A stretch of 64,000 bases of DNA from the IMG/VR virus record IMGVR_UViG_2639762884_000001; one strand, given 5' to 3'. A program made the position numbers and the translations under genes. This DNA comes from a virus (taxonomy: Duplodnaviria > Heunggongvirae > Uroviricota > Caudoviricetes). The notes beneath the pieces were generated by a model. That model was not told where the DNA came from, did no database searches, and saw only the letters and a program-made list of their open reading frames with translations. This document shows, piece after piece, positions 58,182 through 64,000 of the stretch (position 1 is the first letter of the stretch; every line of letters starts with the position of its first letter).

Positions 58182-59500
58182 AAAAGTTGATCGCACTTAA
58201 GCATAAGCTGGACGAAATGAAAGCTATGGGAACCAATGCAAAAAAAGAGGCATTGGCCAACATGGATGACTTTGAACAAAGCATGGTTTCATTGATGCTC
58301 AACCCTTTCATCCGTTTTGGGGTAAAGAAATACAAAGTGGCAGAGCCGCTTAGTGAGTCCGTCCCAAGTGACGAAAAAGCCATTGATGTACTGAATAAGC
58401 TGGCCTCTCGCGAGCTGACGGGGAACGCAGCAATAGCAGCTGTTGAGTCTATCGTGGCGTCAATGTGCGCCGATGGGCAGGACGTGTTCCGTCGTTTCCT
58501 CTTAAAAGACCCGAAAGCAGGTGTTGGGATTAGCCTATGCAACAAGGTTTTTGAAAATCCCATTCCGAAATTCGAGGTGCAGCTGGCGTCACCGTATAAA
58601 GAAAAAGGCGACAAATACCCCTTCAAGCCAAATCCTAAAGCAAAATGGCCGATGATTGGCAGTCTTAAGCTCGATGGTTTGCGAGTAATTTGCGAGGTTA
58701 TTGTTGACGAGGAAGAGGTTAACTTCCTTTCTCGTACTGGTAATCCAATCACGTCTCTCGATCACCTAAAGCCAGCAATGCTCGAATTAGGCAAACTTTC
58801 AGGCCACAAACACATCTTCTTCGATGGTGAAGGAACAGCCGGTTCATTTAACCAGTCTGTATCTGCATTGCGCAAAAAGAACGTGCAGGCAATTGGCGCT
58901 ATTTATCATGTTTTCGACTTCTTCCTACCGGAATGGCGGGCACAGGCTAAATCCAAAGAGTATGCAAAGACAGGTATGAAGCTGAAAGAGCGCCTGGCTA
59001 TGCTGGTGGCGTTGTTTAAAAACGATCGCAGTGAAGGCTACGCACAAGACATTCACCTGCATCCGTTCTATATCATCCATAGCCACGAAGATTTCATCGA
59101 ACGCTTCATGAAACGCCTAGACGATAACGAAGAAGGGGAGATGGGCAAAGATCCGAACTCTGTTTACGAGTTTAAACGTACCCGCAGCTGGTGGAAGTTA
59201 AAAGACGAAGATTCAGAAGATGGTGAAATTATCGACTTTGAGCCGGGCGACCCGGACTCTGGTTTTGCCAACACGCTTGGAAAAATTGTTATTCGCCTTG
59301 AAAACGGTGTGATTGTTCGTGCGAGCGGCATTAAGCATAAATATCTGGACGAGATCTGGAACAACAAAGAGAAGTACCGTGGTCGTATTGTCGAGGTTCA
59401 TTGTCACGAGAAAACGCCGGATGGCAGCTTACGCCACCCACGACTGAAATGGCCGCGTTGCTTACGCGATACAGAAGATCGAATCGGAGATAAAGAATGA
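58178..59500 (+). CDS. ATP-dependent DNA ligase
   Basis: Adenylation motif I SLKLDGLRV (KxDG), FFDGE, and WWKLK motif V. Confidence 0.8.
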   Translation: MKKLIALKHKLDEMKAMGTNAKKEALANMDDFEQSMVSLMLNPFIRFGVKKYKVAEPLSESVPSDEKAIDVLNKLASRELTGNAAIAAVESIVASMCADGQDVFRRFLLKDPKAGVGISLCNKVFENPIPKFEVQLASPYKEKGDKYPFKPNPKAKWPMIGSLKLDGLRVICEVIVDEEEVNFLSRTGNPITSLDHLKPAMLELGKLSGHKHIFFDGEGTAGSFNQSVSALRKKNVQAIGAIYHVFDFFLPEWRAQAKSKEYAKTGMKLKERLAMLVALFKNDRSEGYAQDIHLHPFYIIHSHEDFIERFMKRLDDNEEGEMGKDPNSVYEFKRTRSWWKLKDEDSEDGEIIDFEPGDPDSGFANTLGKIVIRLENGVIVRASGIKHKYLDEIWNNKEKYRGRIVEVHCHEKTPDGSLRHPRLKWPRCLRDTEDRIGDKE

Positions 59501-59676
59501 TGCTCGGCTGGATGATTGCATTTTTAGCAGTTGGTTTTTTCATAGGTATTGTGGTGATGTCCAGTTGCATCAATGACTACATTAAAAGCGGTGTTATAGA
59601 AAGACGCGGTCGTATTTATCGCATTGTAGAAATAACCAACACCCAGAAGGAGATTAAGGATGATCGTATTAAGTAA
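59497..59676 (+). CDS. small single-pass membrane protein (59 aa)
   Basis: ATG overlapping the ligase stop; hydrophobic N-terminus; paralogous to 59872..60024. Confidence 0.35.
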   Translation: MMLGWMIAFLAVGFFIGIVVMSSCINDYIKSGVIERRGRIYRIVEITNTQKEIKDDRIK

Positions 59677-59875
59677 ACGGGAGAAGGAAACGCTTCATGA
59701 AATCAGTAAGTGGCCGGAGTTCCCTGAGTACTGGAAGCCTAAAACGCGAGCTAAGTTAGAGCGTTTAGGGTTGGTTGCAAACGTTTCTGAAACGTGGTGT
59801 TCGGCCAACTACCAGTTAACTGATAAAGGGAAAGTATTGCTACAGCAATTAGTAGAATCAGGAGTGTTAAAATGA
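59660..59875 (+). CDS. hypothetical protein (71 aa)
   Basis: AAGGAG RBS; overlaps both neighbours by a few codons. Confidence 0.4.
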   Translation: MIVLSKREKETLHEISKWPEFPEYWKPKTRAKLERLGLVANVSETWCSANYQLTDKGKVLLQQLVESGVLK

Positions 59876-60024
59876 TTCCATACATCTCATTAGCTTTTAT
59901 GGGTGGCTTCCTTATCGGCTTCGGCATCTGTCGTGATTTAATTAAGCAGGAACTTAAAACCAAAACACTGTGCATCGGAAAGCGTGTGTATCGGGTAGTT
60001 CATGAAACAAAGGTGAAAAAATGA
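59872..60024 (+). CDS. small single-pass membrane protein (50 aa)
   Basis: AGGAG RBS; shares the transmembrane helix and GKRVYRVVHET tail (compare RRGRIYRIVEIT) with 59497..59676. Confidence 0.35.
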   Translation: MIPYISLAFMGGFLIGFGICRDLIKQELKTKTLCIGKRVYRVVHETKVKK

Positions 60025-60311
60025 GCAATTTAACTTCTTGGGAATGGTGGTTGGCCACCTATTTCTTAGCGGCCGGAGTCGCATTCGCCTTTTACGTAGG
60101 TCAGTTAGTCGTAAAACTGTTGCTGATTAAATTTGCTAGTCATAAACGTATCGATGATGGTCTGTGGCGTCTTGGCACCCTGGTGGAAACTCGCTACGGG
60201 CAACTTAAGGAGAACGAAACCATTACTATCCAGGCGAAACGATTCACTGCCACCATCACAAGAACACCTAGTCGTAGAGTGGCCTTGATCAAAAAAGTCA
60301 CAACCGAATAA
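60021..60311 (+). CDS. small membrane protein (96 aa)
   Basis: ATGA overlap with the upstream gene; hydrophobic N-terminal helix. Confidence 0.45.
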   Translation: MSNLTSWEWWLATYFLAAGVAFAFYVGQLVVKLLLIKFASHKRIDDGLWRLGTLVETRYGQLKENETITIQAKRFTATITRTPSRRVALIKKVTTE

Positions 60312-60320
60312 AAACATCAT

Positions 60321-60342
60321 GATAAGTATTTACTTACTTATC
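60321..60342. promoter_or_regulatory. class B motif (GATAAGTATTTACTTACTTATC)
   Basis: Directly after the 60311 stop, at the start of the structured noncoding region. Confidence 0.45.
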
Positions 60343-61086
60343 TTTTATGTATAAGATGACTTTGTTTTCGTTGAGACGCGACTGTTTGAACTTAAATACA
60401 AGTGCAAACGAAGAAGTCTATCTGGCAGTAGCCTAATAAGCCAAACACCAGCGAGGTCAGTTTCCAGCCTCGTTACCGAAATGGGACACACTGAGCGAGT
60501 GTGATTGCAGAACGCAGGAGGGAACATTCATGTTCCCTCCGATGAAGTAACAGAATGGGCGGTTGGTATATTTTCAACTCCATATGACTCCCGGATTCTT
60601 AGCCACTGACCGCCCATCCTGTTACGTCATTTTGTTCAATTATGTCGTTTATACTGGGTTAAAAAGCGGCGACGTAGCCCGGCTGGTATGGTTAGCCAGC
60701 ACACAACGTTGAGGCCATTACATTTTTATCAATTCTAAGGTTCTATTCACAGAGATACCGGCGAGCGTTGATATGTAACATGTTGGGCAAACATTCAATC
60801 GGAGTAGTGGCCTCAACGTTGTGAAGACAGGATTGTTGTGTAGGTTTAACCACTGTTGCCATTGGTGCCTGTTTTCACAACAAATGATTCCATACATCAC
60901 ATTGTATAAATTACAAAGTAGGTGCTGTCCTCAAAAACATCATCTACTTAAAGATTTTGCCTACTATTGAGCGAAGTCGAAAGCGTCTGGCACTAACGAA
61001 AAGTGCAAGTAGCGGTGCGTTTCCTGGCAGAAACTAAACCGTCGCGATTGGCACTGTTGAGTAATAAATACTGGCAGTGTCGAATT

Positions 61087-61161
61087 GATGGTGTAGCTCA
61101 GCGGTAGAGCAGTTGGCTGTTAACCAACTGGTCGGTGGTTCGAATCCACCCACCATCGCCA
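61087..61161 (+). tRNA. tRNA-Asn (anticodon GUU)
   Basis: Acceptor GATGGTG/CACCATC, D-arm TAGCTCAGCGGTAGAGCA, anticodon arm GTTGG-CTGTTAA-CCAAC, T-arm GGTGGTTCGAATCCACC; genomically encoded CCA. Confidence 0.85.
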
Positions 61162-61166
61162 ATTTA

Positions 61167-61253
61167 GGAGAGTTAGTCCGTAGAGGTAGCGGGGTAGACT
61201 GTAAATCTACTGTCATTGCGACTCGGGTGGTTCGACTCCATCACTCCCCACCA
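61167..61253 (+). tRNA. tRNA-Tyr-like (anticodon GUA), class II
   Basis: Anticodon arm GTAGA-CTGTAAA-TCTAC, T-loop TTCGACT, variable arm; acceptor stem has one mismatch; ends in CCA. Confidence 0.55.
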
Positions 61254-61257
61254 AATT

Positions 61258-61333
61258 GCCGGTTTAGCTCAGTTGGTAGAGCGCCTGCCTTGTAAGCAGG
61301 ATGTCAGCGGTTCGAGTCCGTTAACCGGCACCA
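61258..61333 (+). tRNA. tRNA-Thr (anticodon UGU)
   Basis: Acceptor GCCGGTT/AACCGGC, D-arm GCTCAGTTGGTAGAGC, anticodon arm CCTGC-CTTGTAA-GCAGG, T-loop TTCGAGT; CCA. Confidence 0.8.
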
Positions 61334-61557
61334 ATACAACGATAAGATCATTACGGTTAATCGTCGTTCATGTGCACAATGACTGGTCGAAAGGTAGTGA
61401 TCTTACCGTTGTGGTGGATTCGCAGACTGATGCGATAGCTTTCTTGGATGTTAGGGAAATGCGGCCGCAAATCTTCCCTTTCGCGAGCGGTGATCGTCCG
61501 TAGTCCTAATTGGCTGCACCGTATGCCGGAGATTCAGTACCGGCTATCACAACGGCC

Positions 61558-61644
61558 GGAGAGTAGGGAGCATGGTGCTCAAGCGGTCTTGAAAACCGTC
61601 CCATTGCGCAAGCGATGATGGTTCGATTCCATTACTCTCCGCCA
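61558..61644 (+). tRNA. tRNA-Ser-like (anticodon UGA), class II
   Basis: Acceptor GGAGAGT/ACTCTCC, anticodon arm GCGGT-CTTGAAA-ACCGT, long variable arm, T-loop TTCGATT; CCA; D-arm atypical. Confidence 0.55.
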
Positions 61645-61800
61645 GACACAGCGTTGAGCGGTTTGGCCTTTTAATCAACTCGATTAAGACTCCGCTAACA
61701 TAAACCAGACCGCTCAACGCTGTGATAGACAATTACGGCAGACGTTCTTAACCATAGCTTGCTAACATCCTAGCAACACTTTTTTTTCAGCGCAAAATTC

Positions 61801-61822
61801 AAAGGGGCTTCGGCCCCTTTTT
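61801..61822. terminator. bidirectional Rho-independent terminator (UUCG tetraloop)
   Basis: AAAGGGGC-TTCG-GCCCCTTTTT. Confidence 0.85.
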
Positions 61823-61829
61823 GGCTGGG

Positions 61830-63050
61830 TTAATTAAAACCGAATGAATTAAGTTCTGCTTTGAATTTATCGACCATTTTTTCAACTTCGTTTACAATTG
61901 CGTGAATCTCTTCGTCTTTTCTCGGATTAGAATTGAGGTCAAAATATGCCTTATATAAGGCATATTTTGACAAGCTTCCTTCAATATTTTCAGAGAAAAT
62001 ATTGGTACGACCATCAGTTAATAAGATATCAGCAGATCGGGAATTTAAATTATATTTATAGTAAATCTTTATTAGTCTGCTTATCTCTTTTTCATTCTTG
62101 ATTACCCTCTGTCTTTTACCAGCAATATTAAGACTCCAGCCTACATAACTAGTCAGATCGGAATTAAACTTACACACTTCCGCATCAGCTTTTTCCATAT
62201 TTAGATTAATATTATTTCTCATGTGTAGCGGTAATTCGTTGAATTTTTGCTGTAAATGCTGTTTGCAGGGATTGTTGTAAGACCACAGAATTGCGAACGT
62301 AGCTCTTTGCATCCGGGTATTCAGATCGATGTTAAAGTTCTCACGATCACGAATCATTTCATCTACATAAAACTCTACAGCTTTTCGGTATTCTTTGTTA
62401 AAGATCTCGGTAACATACATTTCTAAATAATGGACTTTCGAGATTGCCTCATCAAAAAAAAGCTCACTCTCAAAGAAGTTGTATTTATTTAAGAGATTAG
62501 AAAGTCTACTTAAGTCATAGGTTTTATTATTTTCAATATTAAGACCAAAAATGGCAATTAACAGACTTACTTTATGATTAATACTGCTACGTAATTGAGC
62601 TATATAAATTCTCTTTTCATCTTCTGCTGATGACAGTAGATAAAACTCTTTATCTAAATAATTTAAAATTAGAATTATGTGATTTACATATTTAATGTAA
62701 ATAGGTTGTTTTGTTACATAATAATAAATGCTTTTGATGGAATTAATGCTCAATTTCGTATTAAACTCTTTGTCATTCAACAAAGTGTTATTTACGTCCT
62801 CAAGTAATTTATCATGTTGCTCTAGTAATATTCCGTACCATTCTTTAAAAGAGGCTTTTTTCATTTCAAGAAGTGAATCTGCCGTTAATTGTGTTGCCTT
62901 CATTGCAGCTTTTGCACTATTTCTTGCCTCATAAGCAGCCCAAGCAGTAACAAAAGTAGCAAGTGAACCTATAGCCTCTTTGTATTCTTTAGCCACATCC
63001 CAAAAAATAATAGTTATTACACACAATATGAGAATTAATATTAAAGGCAT
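61830..63050 (-). CDS. AT-rich orphan protein with N-terminal transmembrane helix (406 aa)
   Basis: Low-G+C Lys/Asn/Ile/Tyr-rich ORF; N-terminus MPLILILILCVITIIFW; opposite in orientation to its neighbours and bracketed by terminators. Confidence 0.6.
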   Translation of the reverse strand: MPLILILILCVITIIFWDVAKEYKEAIGSLATFVTAWAAYEARNSAKAAMKATQLTADSLLEMKKASFKEWYGILLEQHDKLLEDVNNTLLNDKEFNTKLSINSIKSIYYYVTKQPIYIKYVNHIILILNYLDKEFYLLSSAEDEKRIYIAQLRSSINHKVSLLIAIFGLNIENNKTYDLSRLSNLLNKYNFFESELFFDEAISKVHYLEMYVTEIFNKEYRKAVEFYVDEMIRDRENFNIDLNTRMQRATFAILWSYNNPCKQHLQQKFNELPLHMRNNINLNMEKADAEVCKFNSDLTSYVGWSLNIAGKRQRVIKNEKEISRLIKIYYKYNLNSRSADILLTDGRTNIFSENIEGSLSKYALYKAYFDLNSNPRKDEEIHAIVNEVEKMVDKFKAELNSFGFN

Positions 63051-63256
63051 GTTATCTATATCGTTAGTTAATTTTGAACATAAATGATACTTAGTCCACC
63101 GCTAAATTTCATCAAATTTGATAATTTTCTTGACGATCATGTCTCAAAATTATTTATACTTGGCATATTTGAGATATATAATAATAGGTAATAACACACC
63201 TATCACATTTAAGCATCAACAAGATAAATTACGGACCCAGACCAGAAAGGAAACTA

Positions 63257-63505
63257 ATGAGAAATATACTTATCTACGGACGAGATAACTGCTCATACTG
63301 CAAACGTGCGGTCGAGCTGGCGAAGAAACTAAAGGGACATGGCTACGGTGATTATGAGTACATCGACATCACCACTGCCGGTATCGATAAGGAAAAACTT
63401 AGCGAAATTGTTGGTAAACCGGTAGAGACTATCCCCCAGGTGCTGATCGATGGCCAGCCGATTGGCGGATACACAGAACTGGCTGCATACGTCAGCACCC
63501 TCTGA
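63257..63505 (+). CDS. glutaredoxin (GrxA/NrdC-like)
   Basis: CSYC active site in GRDNCSYCKRAVELAKKL and GKPVETIPQVLIDGQPIGGYTELAAYV align with E. coli Grx1 as recalled; GGAAAC RBS. Confidence 0.85.
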   Translation: MRNILIYGRDNCSYCKRAVELAKKLKGHGYGDYEYIDITTAGIDKEKLSEIVGKPVETIPQVLIDGQPIGGYTELAAYVSTL

Positions 63506-63509
63506 TTTT

Positions 63510-63535
63510 AACGGCTCACAGGAGCCGTTTTTTAT
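63510..63535 (+). terminator. Rho-independent terminator
   Basis: AACGGCTC-ACAGG-GAGCCGTT followed by TTTTTT. Confidence 0.85.
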
Positions 63536-63717
63536 TCCCACCAAACTCACACCTGTTTCCATTAAAATTCAAAAAACAACGCCTGAATGATTCCATACCT
63601 ACTATGTATGGAATCATTGCTGAAAATGAGTTACTTTTACTCTTGATCCTATAAGAATCTATGCCTAATATACTGTTTACTTATACAGTGCATCGGCGTA
63701 ACTCGGTGATTGTCATA

Positions 63718-64000
63718 TGAAAAATAGCTTTGACAGAGCACGCGCTGCGGAGAACACCTCAAAAGAGGCGATAGAGTATCTCGAAAGAGCATCTCAAATG
63801 CAGGCCGTTATGATCTCCCAGGTCAGCAATGACATGAGATTCTCGGACGCATTCATGTTATTCACTCGCTTATCTCTGCTGATAACCAGACGTCGGCCAG
63901 AGATCGCTGTTCATTGTATTTTGATACATGTTTTGCCGCACATTGCCGATGTAAAAGTAAGTGACATTAATAGGTTCATGGTGAACCAACTGGTCAACCC
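63718..64000 (+). CDS. hypothetical protein, 5' part only (runs off window end)
   Basis: ATG at 63718 opens a frame with no stop through 64000; not in the track because it is incomplete. Confidence 0.35.

Noticed and set aside
61113-61732. Small ORFs 61113..61295, 61216..61503 and 61547..61732 (-)
   Set aside because: They overlap the tRNA genes and structured RNA region; the translations read through tRNA sequence.
5340-64000. Search for integrase, excisionase, CI/Cro-type repressor or attL/attR direct repeats
   Set aside because: No tyrosine or serine recombinase motifs or lambda-like immunity region recognised in any ORF in the window; absence is noted, and the right end of the element is outside the window.

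Overview
The window has two parts. Positions 1-5.3 kb look like Escherichia-type core chromosome: a hypothetical gene, a UmuD'-like S24 peptidase gene behind a perfect LexA (SOS) box, apbC/mrp on the minus strand, and metG. From about 5.34 kb to the right edge (more than 58 kb, incomplete) lies a large siphovirus-type phage or phage-plasmid-like genome. Its modules, in order: small early genes interleaved with a strongly C/A-skewed noncoding tract and two iteron-like direct-repeat clusters; a leftward operon (SF2 helicase, lipoprotein, secreted protein, small unknowns); an unusual ParB/Srx - ParB/Srx - ABC ATPase - GNAT cluster; a winged-helix protein; small and large terminase, portal, scaffold, capsid and an Ig-like protein; a lambda-like tail module (tube protein, tape measure, M/L/K/I/J homologues, side tail fibre with internal repeats); a putative lysis cassette with nested spanins; a ParA plus small DNA-binding protein partition module; DnaB-like helicase, zinc-finger/TOPRIM primase and ATP-dependent DNA ligase; a Sel1-repeat secreted protein and lipoprotein; four tRNA genes after a structured noncoding region; an AT-rich orphan membrane-protein gene; and a GrxA-like glutaredoxin. 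I found no integrase, CI-type repressor, att repeats or CRISPR array in the window. Two families of palindromic motifs recur in intergenic spacers: AAAACAA-N-TTGTTTT (early and replication regions) and TAAGTA-NN-TACTTA (structural and late regions). The best candidates for an undescribed system are the ParB-ParB-ABC-GNAT cluster, the AT-rich orphan gene and the repeat/iteron architecture. All coordinates come from the supplied ORF track plus manual reading; no searches or computations were run, and composition statements are by eye.
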